Below are positions 18,438-32,311 of a stretch of DNA of 64,000 nt, one piece after another. Both the position numbers and the translations under genes were made by a program. The first letter of the stretch is position 1, and each line of letters begins with the position of its first letter. Source of the stretch: Saccostrea cucullata (taxonomy: Eukaryota); assembly GCF_032062105.1 (NCBI RefSeq), contig NW_026937682.1, positions 1-64,000 of the forward strand, read 5' to 3'. Below the pieces are notes generated by a model that was not told where the DNA came from, searched no databases, and worked only from the letters and a program-made list of their open reading frames with translations.

Positions 18438-20439
18438 TTATGATGAATAAAAGGAAGTTAGACTTTGTGTTAGATTGTTTTTAAATATTATTAAATAACA
18501 GTTTTCATTTGTGCATTTCGAGGCGATGCATGATGGGGGGGGGGGGGGAGGCATACTGCCTCTATATTCAATTTAATTTCTAAGTTTGAGCATCCATTTG
18601 AATAGTGTTATTAGGAAAGAAAGGAAAAGCTTCCAAAATGTAATGAACGCCACATAAAACAATTTGAAATGGAAATTCAAAATAGGTTTATATACATCAG
18701 TGCAGTACGTATACATGTACACAAAATGACTTTGATGATGTCTACCATTATAGGAAAACTATAGATTAAAAAACTGGAACCCATCCCCCTCTCTCCTTTC
18801 ATTGGGGGGGGGGTGTTGACCCAGTCTATAAATCAGCACAGTTCCCTCAGCTATCGCATTTCCACTGTGGTCTCACATGTGGGCGCGGTACACGGGCACA
18901 AGCGTCACATACTTGCACCTCTATCATCATGTAAATTATAAGAATTTTCTGTCTAACGGTGGTCTTCTAGCTGATGTTTTCATAACTTCCATCGTTAGAG
19001 TGAAGAGAAATTGATCTTTTTTTCGCTATTTTGGGACCTTTGTGGCAAGTGGATTGTTGTGTAAATTCCGACCCGTACAAGTCTTATGCAAGGTATTGAA
19101 TACTGATCGAGGGAGTCTTGCATCAGGTATCCAGAGGAATACACAATTTAAATCTTCGGCTTGCAATCATTATGGCGATTGAGGGAATAAATGTACTTAT
19201 CATCTTTTAGAAGCAAAGAAACATTTTCATAGTATCATTTAAAAACTTACAAACATCCCATCTAGAAGCTGAACAGTCTATGTCATAAATTTTCGTCGAG
19301 AACGACGATGTGCAAATCTGTTTCCCAGAATTCCAATTAACGCAAGCGCACTTGCAGTTTCATCCTAACGTAACTAGTCAGCCCGGGGGCTGACTAATGA
19401 TTAAATGTGATTATGAGATCTTATATTAGAATTTAATTAAGTTTTCCCCTTTTCATGGAATAAAAAGAGGGGCTTCTAAATATTTTTGCCGATATGTTGT
19501 GTAGGCCTAGTAACAGTGGGACGGACAACTTCGGAATGGACATTTTTCCGAACTTGCACACGCTTTTCCTTTAAAGCTAGCCTCTTGGAATTTTTTTTAA
19601 ATGGTGGGGTTTTTCTACCTAAATGAATTTTTGAAATAAAAAATGCAACATTTTCTGCTAGTTTTTGAGATATTTAGTGTCAAAAATAAAAATCCCATGG
19701 GGAAACATGTACTTAAAATTACCCCATGAAAAACCGCACAAAAACCCCATGGGGTTCAAAATTACCCCCATTGGGTTTTTATTCCCATAAAAATCAATGT
19801 GGGGTTTTTAAACCCATATGTTGCTTATATTGTCATGTGGGGTTTTTTCTCCCACATTTCTTTATGATGGGGTTTAAAATCCCACATACTGATATTTTTA
19901 CTGAAGATAATTCTTAAAAACTTGGGGTTTTTTTTCTTAAACTAATGGATCATTAGTATCTATTCTGTTTGTCGTTCTATAAAAGTGGATAGTTATTACA
20001 AATATCTATCATTTTTCAAATTTTCAAGTATTCATTCTTCAAATTTATGCTTATGTAAAAGAAGATGTATATGAAAACAGGTTTCTAAGGCAGCTGCCTC
20101 CTATAATGAAACATTTATCATAAAACTTTTCACAGATTATTTGATCAATGACAATTAATCTGAATATACATGTAAGTATAAAGGGTAGTCTTTAAAAAGG
20201 GAAATGAAACATTAAAAATTTTTGATTCACAGTGTCCGAAGAGGTTCTCTTCCTTTAACTGATGGGAAAATATGAATTTTTATGATTATCGTGTCTAGTT
20301 TGTTGATTTTTTAATCTCCATTCCCCTATCATTTACCATTTATAAGATTTAAATGGATAAATTAATTAATGGATTTAATTAATTCAGGCACAATAAAGCA
20401 AAATATTTAATTACCTGTGGTTGAAATCATTCAGTTATA

Positions 20440-21515
20440 TATCACAAAGGAAAACTATATAAATCCTTTGATCCACCACAAATATTTTAAAATAAAATTT
20501 TACTCCTCTAGGCTCCACCACTTGTAAGTTTAGACAATGATCACACATGGCATATAAGCTGAATGTTTGAAATCAATTAGCCAAACTCATTAATATCCTT
20601 TAATTTTGATCCACAACAAATATTTTTAAAAAATAAAATTAATATCTACTCCCCATGGATCCACCACTAATAAGTTTAGATCTTGATCACACATGGACAT
20701 ATAAGCTTTATGTTGAAATCCATTAGCCTTAATCATTTATATCCTCTGATCCAAAACAAATATTTAATCAAAATAAAATTAATATCCACTCCCAATGGAT
20801 CCACCACTTATGAGTTTAGATCTCGATCACACGTGACATATAACCTTAATGTTTGAAATCAGTGAGCTATAATCATTAATATCCGTTTACCCACCACAAA
20901 TATTTAAAATTAATATCCAACCCCTTGGATCAACTGCAACTACTATATATCCACCCCCCCACCACCCCACCCCCCCAGCCCCCTTGGTCCTACCAATTTA
21001 AAATTAAGATAATGGTCAAACATGACATATAAGTTAAATGTCTGAAATAAATTAACCATAATCATCGATCATTAATATTCTTTGATCCTGCACCCATCAC
21101 AAATATTTAAATAAGATTAATATCCACCCCCTTGGATCCACCACTTATAAGTGTAGATTTTGATCACACATGATATATAAGTTAAATGTTTAAAATCAAT
21201 TAAGTGAATTAACCATGATTTTTAATTCCATTGAGACATTACAAATATTTAAAAATATATCTTTCCACCCCCTTGGATCCACCACAACTATCAGAACAAT
21301 TACTGGTAAAATAAACATGCCTCTGATCCATCACTTATCACAAAAAGGAAGATTACCTAAATGTTTGCAATAATTATTAGTATCCTATGATGATCCACAA
21401 TAAGCATGATAAGTAATTAAAAATTCAACATCAACTCCCCTTGAATCCACCACTCAAAACTTTAGACCATGATAACACATGACTAATAAGCTAACTGTTT
21501 GAAATCAATTAGCCA
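20440..21515. repeat. Diverged satellite array, ~140-150 bp unit, about 7 copies
   Basis: Recurring GATCCACCAC, ACAAATATTT, GATCACACATG and TGTTTGAAATCAATTAG blocks (GATCACAC at 20539, 20685, 20825, 21162). Confidence 0.8.
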
Positions 21516-21519
21516 TTAT

Positions 21520-22257
21520 CATGAGACATGAGACATGTTACCCAAAAACCTGTCAAAAACGGCAAAAATATGCATTTTCTGACTACTTCCGGTTCGACCG
21601 GAAGTGACGTCGCCGGACGTATTTTGACGACCCTATTAGATAAAGCTTGATATTTTGAACAACTTTGCTTCTTTGATGCATAACAAATTCTCAATACTTT
21701 TTGAGATATCTGGAAAAAACGTTTGGCCCCTCTAGGTCCCTTAATTTAGGGGTCAGCCCTTTTTCGACATGTCATTTGAAAGATCTTCTAATTTTGCACA
21801 AATTATGTTGTATATATTTTAACAAAATATTTTTTGTTTAGAAAATAAAAAGAAAAATATGAGTAATTTTGGTTCTTTTCAGCGTTCTAATTTTTGACCC
21901 CTATGTAGCGCCATTTTGAATACAGAAATCGAAAAACAAAAACCGATGTGCACAACTTCAATTCTTCTATTATCTAAAATCAGTAGAATTTCTGCTCCAG
22001 CTTTAGCTGTCTCTGAGCCTTTGTCTGGAAACGAAAGCCTATAAATTTTCCTCTAAAGGGAAATAACTCAAAACCGGAAGTGGCTTTATGAAATTTTAGA
22101 CAATATTCTGATAGAGTTTATTAACGTCTATAACGTCTGAAAATTTGAGCGAAATCCGTTGAGAAATGAGAGAGATATGAGGCCTCAAAGTTGCAGTCTA
22201 GGAAGCAGAAGAAAAAAAAGAAAAAAGAATAATAATCTTTACCAACAGAATCAGTAG

Positions 22258-22290
<33 letters not shown>
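21520..22290 (+). mobile_element. HINE/Helentron-like non-autonomous element related to 1-310
   Basis: 13-bp terminal stem AAGGTCTTCCGTT/AACGGAAGACCTT (22258-22286) after an A-rich tract; shared CCGGAAGTG motifs. 5' boundary approximate. Confidence 0.6.
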
Positions 22291-22291
<1 letters not shown>

Positions 22292-23299
22292 CAAAATATA
22301 ATTTCCAGATTTTTTTTTCATCAAACACTGTTTTAGAAGAGGTTTACAAATCCATATATAGACATTAAAAGTATTGTACACAGGTCCTTTATTTATAGTG
22401 AAACTCTTAAACTCCAGGGAAGAACCTAATAAAGTTCAAACTATGTTGCGTATGACCTTAAGAAAACTGAATTTTCATCCTGCATGGTGCAGTTAGGCGA
22501 TATTGATCAATATCGCTTTTTTCATTGAAATAGATCTATAAAATGTATGTCAAACTTGATATCTTTTTCTTTATCAGATACTTATAAACTTCTTAAATAT
22601 GAATTATTGTTCGTTATTTAATACTTAATTTATATAGAAAGCATCTACCGGGTATATGCATCATCATATCGAGGTTTGTCAATCCCTTTTAGTGTATAGT
22701 TCTCTTGATTTTAGTTCTCCACTTTAGCGAATGCAAGATTTCATTAATTGAATCTTATCATCTGACATCTGTTGATCTGTTCATCTGTCACAAAAACTTA
22801 AAACCTTTTTGACCATGTTACCTTGACCTTGAAGTATGACCTACTTTTCAAAAATCCTTGTGAATTTTGATTTAGACTGTTAGAAGAGATAGAGTTTTCA
22901 TATTTTACATGTGCATTAATATCTGTGGCATGATATTTCTGGGCATGCTATGATTTCTGACCCCTTGACATTTACCTTCATGCTTGACCTAATTCAAAAA
23001 AATGGTGCTACATTGAATAAACTCTTCAATGACAAATAATAGGGCTTTCATATTTTACATAATATGTTGTATTATCTCGTATATGCTATTATAAAAACAG
23101 CTCACCAAATATGAATAATTCACATGATACAGAAAAAAATTTAAGATTCCATAATAAGGTATTTCCATACATATCAAATAACTTAGAAATCTGAAAGATC
23201 AGTCAATGTTCTTTAATATACCAATATCAATAATTACTTTCCATGACCATGATACAGATGATTTCAGCATTTAATGTGTCTTTTTAAAATTTAAGCTAG

Positions 23300-23530
23300 A
23301 TTACACCAAGGGAGAAATATACTCTGGACTACGACTTTGAATAAAGATATACAGTACATTTTGATACTGACCTTTGACCTAGAAAATTAGTCCAAGGTCA
23401 CTCTTCATCCTCTATCCACAGGCTCTCTGTAGTGTAAGTTTGAGAGAGAAATATGCTCAGAACAAGTGATGTCAGATAGCGTGATGGGTAGACACACTGT
23501 CTAAGGGCATCCACAGAACAGGACTCTAAA
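23300..23530 (+). repeat. Degenerate copy of the HINE/satellite family at 58300-58716
   Basis: TGACCTTTGACCTAGAAA..CAAGGTCACT..GAGAGAAATATGCTC shared with 58370-58490. Confidence 0.5.
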
Positions 23531-25198
23531 AACAATGCAATATATATGTATTACAGTATAGATACAAATGTATACATGTACTTGTATGTTAATGATTTAT
23601 CATGTGCTGCAATGGACACCTATGCTTTTCTCATGGTGTAAGTATACATGTATCTTATGAGTAATTTTATGTCAGTATTGCATGTACACTCAGTTTATAA
23701 ACAAGGAATTTAATATTTTTTTTTACAAAAATTGACCAACATTATTTACATCCACTCATCATGTTCATGAATTGACGGATCAAAATTCAGTCAGTTTTAG
23801 ATCTATATGGTATACCATAGACAACTTTCACATTTACAAAAGTTATTCCCCTTTGCAGGGTCAATCTGGGGTCAACCGGCTTAAGACGCTTTTTTCCCTC
23901 TATAACCGTACCAACTTTGGGGGTCAATATGTTAGAAATGAAATCTGTATGAACATTTTCATTATGATTTTTATGTTGCCCCATACTCTGGCCATACAGA
24001 TACAGATTGTAATAGTCCAATATTGTTTGAAGATTGAAACTTACAAAGGACAAAGTGAGAAAAATGAGCGATACACCGACAATTGGAGACAACTCTCAGC
24101 AATGTGATATATGTCTTTTGGTGATGAAAATTCCTGTTTTAATGTCACAGAAAAATTTTTAGACATTAAAAATTTATGCCCTATTGTCATGCATGCATGC
24201 TGTTTTTGTTTTTTAAAGTATTTTCAACCATATAACATTTTACTATCGTAGAATTTACCAAAATTTAATACTTCAAAAAGTTCAAATGATTTCATTGAAT
24301 ACATGTATCTAAAAAATTGAGGACACTCTAAAAACTTAGTGTTAGACTTACAGAAATTAATCTTTGGAGAGAAAAAAATCTATAATATAAAGATGTGCAT
24401 AATGAGCCTTTTTTTATTCATTTAGAACATATCGTATGTGCATCATTTCCCCAAGAAATTTTCAAAGACAATGGAATATTTGTGAGCAGAAATCATTGCT
24501 GGTTACTTAATACATTTGAAAAATTTATGAAAAAATCAATTTATTTATTTGTTTTTGATTTTAGATAATGCTAAAAATAATTTAATCTATTACAAATAAT
24601 CCAACTGACTGTAAAATAAAATTTTTCTTAATCACAATCTAAGGGCAGATCACTCTAACTGCATAAAACTACCCAATATTAAAGTAGAGCTCTTTAGTGT
24701 GCAGTTTTTAGAGCTTCCTTAAAGTCATCAAAATACTGACCAGCAAGAAATCAGTTAATAACATTTCCTTTTTTTTCATTCAAATTTTTTGAGAGATCTC
24801 AAAGTTTTTTCCTCTTCAATTCAGGTTCGAGATGACAAAGTTTTACTGTCATTGACCTTGTTGCATTTCAAAGAACTTAATTATCGTAGTACACATACCA
24901 AATATGAAATCACTATCTCTCACCGTTCAAAAGTCATGGCAATGGTTCAAGTTGACAACAGACAGAAAGGACAAAATATACGTGCCGAATATTTTTTTTA
25001 TTTATTTTCAATTCTTCATACCAGCAAACAGTGAAATATATATAACAGACAAATTACATTACAAACAATATGACAATATTACCTTCAGACAATTCTATGT
25101 AAAGTTTTTAAAAAGTTTGTAGTCAAGTGATTTCAATTTTTTTTAGAATGGAAGCATAGAAAAAAATTGAAGATTTAATGTGATTGAAGATTTTATAA

Positions 25199-27382
25199 CT
25201 AGTTTTCATCTAAGGAATTTATTCGACAGTACATCTTATATTTGTAAATCCTACAGGCAACATATGAGATGAGTGTGTTGAGTGATACAATTTTTCTATT
25301 GCGCTCAGAGCTAAATCCCATTATTACATGCTTACATTTTATATCTATTTTCAGGTACAAACTTAATCTATTCCATATTCCACCAACATTTTTACATTCA
25401 GAAATGAGATGTTTTGAAGTTTCATTCACGTGGCATAATTTGCAATGACTACTCGTTTCTTTTTTTTCCATTTACTGAGATAAAAGTTATTACAAAGAAA
25501 ATTGTTTAAAAGTTTATAGTTGAATTCTGTAAATTGTTTATCGGGTATATCATATAATTTACATTGATATATATGTTTCCATTTTGAAGGTTCAACACTG
25601 AATTCGTTGCTTAAAACTATTTGATAACATGGTTTACAAAATTTTCTGTGTACAAGATTGTCATAAAAAAGTTACAACTTTGATCTATGATATTAACATG
25701 TCCTGTGTAGAAAAGAAAATATTTTTTGTATCTTATGTTAACAAACTTACAATTTTGAAAAATCACACTTTAGTAGCAAAGGTTTGAAAACAGATGAAAG
25801 AATTTTAAATTCACACAACCAGTTTGACTTGTTTTTTATACAATTAGAAAAATCTAACAATGATTCAAATTACCATCATCGTCAAATAAGTCTTTAACGT
25901 GCAAAATCCCACTGGCTATCCAGTTTTTAAAAAATAATGTATTTCCCCTATAAACAAAGTTACAATTGTTCCATATCGGTTGTCGAAGAACATTATCGGA
26001 AGATATTTTGTTCAAAAAACAGGGCTTACATTCATTAAAGCAACATAACAATTGTTGATAAAATATAGGTAGTTTCTCTAATTTTTCCATATTTTCTATT
26101 TTCTCTATCAGAAAAATCTAACACATAGAGAACATCAGAATTTGATTTTTTACAATAGCCATAAAAAATGTTGTACAAAATAACTTTGCTTTTTAACAAT
26201 CTAGGTACCCAAGCTGCTTTTAAAGCTTTTAATTTACATTCTATATCAACGATTGAGAGGCCACCTTTTGAAATTCTGCGTATAAGCGTGTTTCTTTTAA
26301 TTCGTTCATTTTAATCCCAAATGAAGTTATAAATTAGACGTTGTATTTTTCTTTTTTAGTAATGTAAGCATTATCAGGAAGACTAAGTATTGAGGCAACG
26401 TATGTAAGTTTAGATATAGCAAGTGTCTTAACTATACATGATTTACCAAATAACGTTAGTTTTCTTCTTTTCCAAGATTCAAAAATCGTGATAAATTTTC
26501 ATCCAGTTTTTAGTGTAACATTCTTCCTTCATGCCCTATGAATATTCCCAAACATCTTACTGCTTTATTTGTAATTTTTATACCGTAGAGTTCATCATAT
26601 AATTTTTTTAGTTCCCCTAGTAAAATGCATTCTGTCTTATGCATGTTTACTTTTGAACCCGTATGTTCACAGAATTCTTGTAATTTATCCAGAGTTCGCT
26701 TCATTGATATTTCGTCTTTTAAAGCTACAGTCAAATCGTCCGCATGTTGGATGTTTTTAATTTCATGATTATTAATTGTAATGCCCTTTATATCAGTATC
26801 ACATTTTATTTTAATAGCCAAAATTTCTGCGACGAATAATTACAAGAGAGCGGAAATAGGACAGCCTTGCCTAATTCCTCGCGTCATTTCGCTGGTTTTA
26901 GAAAGCCAGCCGTTGTTTTTCATTTTAAAAATTGGATTTGTATATAAAATTTTTGCCCACTTTATAAAACTATTGCCAATATTAAATTTTTGTAAAACTT
27001 GGAAAAGAAAATTCCATTCAACCGAGTCAAAGGCTTTTTCAAAGTCTAAGAAAAGTAAAATACCATCTGAATTTTCTCTTACACAGTATTCAAAAACGTC
27101 AAGTACTAATCTAGCATTTTCACCGATATATCTCCCTTTTATGTAAGCTGTTTGATTTTCGTTAATCAACTTGTATACACTGTAGTATATTTTGTAATCT
27201 TTTTGCAAAAACAAAGGCAATGATTTTATAATCTGTGTTTGTTAAACTTATCGGTCTATAGTTTTTAAAATTATCTTTTTCACCTTTTTGTGGATCAGTG
27301 ATATAATAGAAAGTTTCTGTGTGTAAGACAATTCACCTTTATCAAAAATATCATTAAGTGCTTTATAAAAGAAGGACAGAAT
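25199..27382 (-). pseudogene. Tx1/L1 ORF2, RT and C-terminal CCHC region (fragmented)
   Basis: NYRPISLTNTDYKI, LDFEKAFDSVEW, GIRQGCPISALL, QHADD, CKLCHVNETSKHLISEC; many stops and frameshifts. Confidence 0.88.
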
Positions 27383-27821
27383 CAGAATCAGAATCCGAAA
27401 ATTTTATTTCGAGTCGGATTTTTAAACAAAAACATAACCTCTGTAGAGCTTTTGACCGACATTATATTAGTACTACACTATCTACACATATACAACAGTT
27501 AGAATTACATTGTCATGCATCACAACAAGCAATATTTACACATATACACACAAAACGACACAGAAAGCACATATATATCATGCATATAAGTAATACAACA
27601 CAGAAAATAAATATAAATGAGTGTCCAAGTAGCACTCATGCTCTAAAAATATAGTCTATAAATTATATATTTGATAAAAATATTTTATATTTTGATAAAA
27701 AAAAGCAAATTTGTTTAATTAAAAGTATATTTTTAATACTATAGATTTATGACTACTAAATTTACTCACTTTTAAAGCAAACAAAACAAAATAAACTTAA
27801 AACAGAAGAACAATACCAAAA

Positions 27822-27860
<39 letters not shown>

Positions 27861-27910
27861 AAAGGAACAAAAAAGAAATTGAGCAACAACTGAAGATTAA
27901 GTTTTGAGGA

Positions 27911-30900
27911 TTAAGATCTGCAGGAGCCACACTTACAGGAATCTCCATTACAATTGTTAATTAAACTTTTAAACTGAGTAATTGTAGTTGCATTTCTAAT
28001 TGTTTCAGGCAATTCATTCCATAGTTTGGCTCCTGCATATCTAAAAGAGTGTAATCCATGTTTTGTCGTTCTAACCCTAGGTACCTGTACTACCTGCAGG
28101 AGCCACACTTACAGGAATCTCCATTCCAATTGTTAATTAAACTTTTAAACTGAGTAATTGTAGTTGCATTTCTAATTGTTTCAGGCAATTCATTCCATAG
28201 TTTGGCTCCTGCATATCTAAAAGAGTGTAATCCATGTTTTGTCGTTCTAACCCTAGGTACCTGTACTGTATTAGTTTTCCTAAAATTATATGAGGTTTCT
28301 TTAAAAGTAAATAAATCAGATAAATATGGGACTCTCGTTCTTTAAAATTTTAAAAACTTCTATAGCCATTGTTCTTAATCTTCTAATTTTTAAAGTTGGT
28401 AAGCCTGACTTCAGTAATAATTCCTCATAAGTACTGTTCATGTCATCATAAATAAATCTGAGAGCTCTTTCTTGGATTTTTCAACTTTTCTTGTATTATA
28501 TTCTCCGCAAAAGTACCAAACCACAGGAGAGTAATTAAAATTACTCATAATAAAAGAATAATAGATGGTCAGTTTGCCCAGTTTAGTCAGATGTTTACCT
28601 ATGCGTTTTAATTCATTAAGTTGTCTAGCTGCTTTTTTGCATATGTTTGAAATATGGTTATTGAATTTCAATTGGCTATCAATAGTAACACCAAGAAGTT
28701 TAACCTCTTCTTCACATTTTACATTAATACCCTCCAAGTTAAAAGTGATGTTTTCCTTACAGATTTTGTTTCCTATTGAGAGTGCCTGAAATTTTTCTGG
28801 GTTAGCTTTCATGTGGTTGTTTGAGAACCAGTTTATTAAATTTAAGCTTTCTTTTTCTAAAACTTTAATAACTTTGTTTAAGTCAAAGTCTGAATGTGAC
28901 AATGAGTTGTCATCAGCATAATTATATAACATTCCTTCCTCGACAAAACTAAAAATGTCATTTAAAATATGTTAAATAGAACAGGATCTAATATAGAACC
29001 TTGGGGTACACCCTTATATATATCTTTAAACGTGCTAAAAATATTTCCTACCTTTACACATTGTCTCCTATCTGACAGATAACTTTGTACAAGCAGAATC
29101 TGAGAGGCCATACATTTTCATTTTCAACAGTAGCAGGTCATGCGGTAAGCAATCAAATGCCTTTGAGAGATCCATAAACACAGCAGCAATATACTTGTTT
29201 TTATCAATGGCTTTTTTCCAGCCTTCAATGATTTTCATTAACACAGTATTACATCCATAACCTGGCCTAAATGCTGATAAATAGGGGTGGAATATATTGT
29301 CAAAAAATTTTAACAGCTGTGTATAAATTGCCCTCTCAAAAGTCTTTGAAATTGCTGGTAGAATGCTTACAGGCCTGTAGTTACCTACTTCTAATTGACT
29401 ATTTTTCTTATGAAGTGGAACAACCTGTGCCTCTTTAAGTTTTTTCGGAAATTCACATTGCTCAAATGACTTATTAATGAGCATGGTGATAGGTTTTGCT
29501 ATCGTTGGGTTTGACAGTTTAAGTGTTTTGACAGAGATACAATCTTTTCCTGTTGCTTTTTTAATACCTATTTTATATATTGGCTGTTCAACAAGGGTAG
29601 TCTGTATGGGTTTAAATTCCATTTCATTATCTAAATGTACATGTTCAGAAATTGCTTTAATACTTGGATGATCTTGATCTACGCTACGGCTCACTGCCCC
29701 TATGTCTTTAGCCACATTTACCAAATAGTCATTAAAAGTTTCTGCCACCTCTGCTTGATTGTTTATTATTTCTCCATCCTTACTAAGTATAACGTTATTT
29801 TCAAAATGACTTCCTTTATTTGTCAGAAATGGCTTAATAGTTGGCCAGAAATCCTTATCTTTAGGTCCACCTACACATATTTCTAAAAAATAATTTCTGA
29901 CTGAATTTCTTTTGATCTTATTAACTTGATTTCTTTGCTTTCTATATAGCTCCCAATTTTCATTAGACCTGATTTTGTTGTATTTGTTAAAAAACATATT
30001 CTTTAAATAGATGGCCTTTCTGAGTTCCTTGTTCATAAATGGTGTTGGTTTGTTAATTTTTTTTCTTTGTTTTAATGGTATGGGCTTGTCATTAACCTCC
30101 ATATAAACTGTTTCAAACTTTTCATATGCTACGTTAACGTCTTGCTCTTGATCAATAAGAAGTTCAAAGTCAATTTGTTCAAGATCATTTACAAAATTTT
30201 CATGACTGAAATTCCTAAAACTTCTGTATGCTACAAAAGGATTAGACACTGATGCAGTATGACCTTTAATCTGAATAGCTATCATATTGTGTACATCGCT
30301 TAAGCCATAATTAAAATTTCTGGTGTTTTGTAATAAATTCTTTCTGTTTGTAAGAATCACATCAATAAGTGAGGGGTTTGAACCTTGTGTGAAGCAAGAA
30401 GCTTCTGTAACCATATTTTCTAAATCACATATGTCACATACATTAGTTAATGGTATACTTTTATCATCAGATAACAGATCATAATTTAAATCACCAAGGA
30501 ACAAATAGTTGTCAAATTTAATTGATACCTTTTCAAAAAATCATTTGTAAATTCGCTGTCGGACATAGAGGGTGGTCGATATAGACCTCCTATGAACCAC
30601 TTTCTATTTCCAATTAAGAGTTCAGCACAGAGAGATTCAATGTTTTCAAATTCAAGATCACTCCGTCTATCGCCAGCTATATCTGATCTAACATACATAA
30701 CTAGTCCCCCTCCGAACTTATTTCTGTCTTTCCTCTAAAAATGGTAATTATCTGTTTTAAATTGTGCATCTGGGAATGAATCATCTAGCTTAGTTTCAGC
30801 GATAACTAACATGTCAACAATGTTTTGATCGAGTAGATCTTTGATTGAACCGAATTTATAACGTAGGCTATTGATGTTCAGATATACGCATATGAATTTA

Positions 30901-31560
30901 TATGGATGCGTTTTCCTTACTTGAGCCAGCTCTTCGAAGATGTCATGATTTATCTCGCCATGTGTATTTACACCGGAAGTTGATCCATCGCACGGGCAGT
31001 AACTGCTATTAGTATTGTTTGTACAGCTAAATACACCAAACGCCTCTGTATCTGATATTTCCGCATCTCTATACGTGATGTCGTCGTAGTTGAGAGAAAG
31101 ATGCAGATTTCTTTGAGTGCACGGGAGACAAACCCATGATGAGTGATCATCTTAAGTTTGACCGTTCCCAATACATTTGATATGACGTTTTACATTACTC
31201 AAACTGCATACAATGAGTTTTTGATTTTTCCTTGTTTGTTTAGAGCAAATAACACATGGGAATTTTATAGGTCCAGGATTAAGATCTATATATCCGGCAA
31301 TTAAAATTCTAAGAATAAAAATGTATTTCCTTAGTGAGTACTTCTGTGCGTTTTCATGGCGGGATTTCGGTTGGAACAAAGGAATTCTGGTCGGATGGAC
31401 AATACTTAGGACGTAGTCTTGAAGGTAACTTTCGTAGTTGAATTTACAAAACCCCACGTGTCTTAGAGGTCCACTTAGTTCCATTGGCTCCGGTGTGTAG
31501 TTCCCTTTTGGGTTCAGACGACATATAAACACCGTGAGAATGAGACCAATTGATGTCCAT
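27911..31560 (-). pseudogene. CR1-type endonuclease/reverse transcriptase ORF, disrupted
   Basis: NPGP + CVIC (PHD remnant); APE motifs LNINSL, AETKLD, GGGLVMYVR, YRPP, GDLN, IDVIL, SDVHNM; RT motifs NYRPVSILP, DLSKAFD, GVPQGSI, YADD, LLGVTID. 5' boundary approximate. Confidence 0.88.
27918..28267. repeat. 176-bp tandem duplication of the LINE ORF 3' end
   Basis: 27918-28091 and 28094-28267 are near-identical (one visible substitution, CCATTACAATT vs CCATTCCAATT). Confidence 0.9.
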
Positions 31561-31583
31561 CTTGACCAGTCCGGTTTTTTTTT

Positions 31584-32311
31584 CCAAAAAACATTGATTA
31601 AATTCACTAGGAAGGCCATCTAGTCCAGGTGATTTTTCTTTTTTCATGCTATCAACAGCTTCCTTGCACTCTTCATATGTTGGAAATTTTTCTAACAATA
31701 TCTTATCTTCTTCACTTAATTTAGGGATATCGTCTATCTCAGATAAATATTTTTCTATTTTTTTCGTTTGAAATTTCTTTACTCGTATATAGTTCGCTAT
31801 AAAAAGAATACATTTCACCTAAAACGACATTAGTTTTTCTGATTTTATTTCCTTCTCTTGTTTTTATTTCTTTAATTACGTTTGATGATTGATTAAAAAT
31901 TAAATTAAAAAAAAAATGAATTTTTCTCCCCCTCCTCTATCCATTTAATTCTAGATCTTATCTGCGCACCTTTAGATTTTTTGTCGTAAATAGCGTCAAG
32001 TTCCGCTTCTAAAGTTTTCAGTCTTTTGTAATCAATGTGGTACTATGGTTACCTGACGAGTAAGGATTTGTGTCAAAGAAAGAAATAGAAATGTTTTGAA
32101 TATGTATTCCCTCTGTTAAAAGCTTTTCTCTACTGGCACTATCGCTGAGGTAAACTCTTCAAAAATTCCGGTCAAGTTGTAGACAATGTTAAGAATTTCC
32201 AACCACTTTCGTGATACAGTCCATTAAATCGAAGTCCGTTATTCTGCCATCATCCGAGCATTGAATCTCTGAATCTGGTTTGATCGTACGTTCCTCTGTC
32301 CGATCACCCAT
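31584..32311 (-). pseudogene. Tx1/L1 ORF1 N-terminus fused by deletion (~32040) to the ORF2 linker
   Basis: From ATG 32311: ..CLQLDRNF*RVYL..REKLLTEGIHIQNISISFFDTNPYSSG, then an abrupt switch to KGAQIRSRIKWIEEGEKNS and KSPGLDGLPSEF. The APE domain is missing. Confidence 0.75.

Larger units (their letters stand above)
27383..31574 (-). mobile_element. CR1-type LINE (single long ORF: 2A-like motif, PHD, APE, RT) nested in the Tx1 ORF2
   Basis: Interrupts SPGLDGLPSEFNQCF..K / ILSFFYKAL of the host LINE; 3' tail (ATTCTG)3 preceded by AATAAA; no TSD seen. Confidence 0.85.

Noticed and set aside
18840-19200. GC-richer island that might be an exon
   Set aside because: The minus-strand frames I read contain stops, the ORF track has no ORF here, and no recognisable motif is present.
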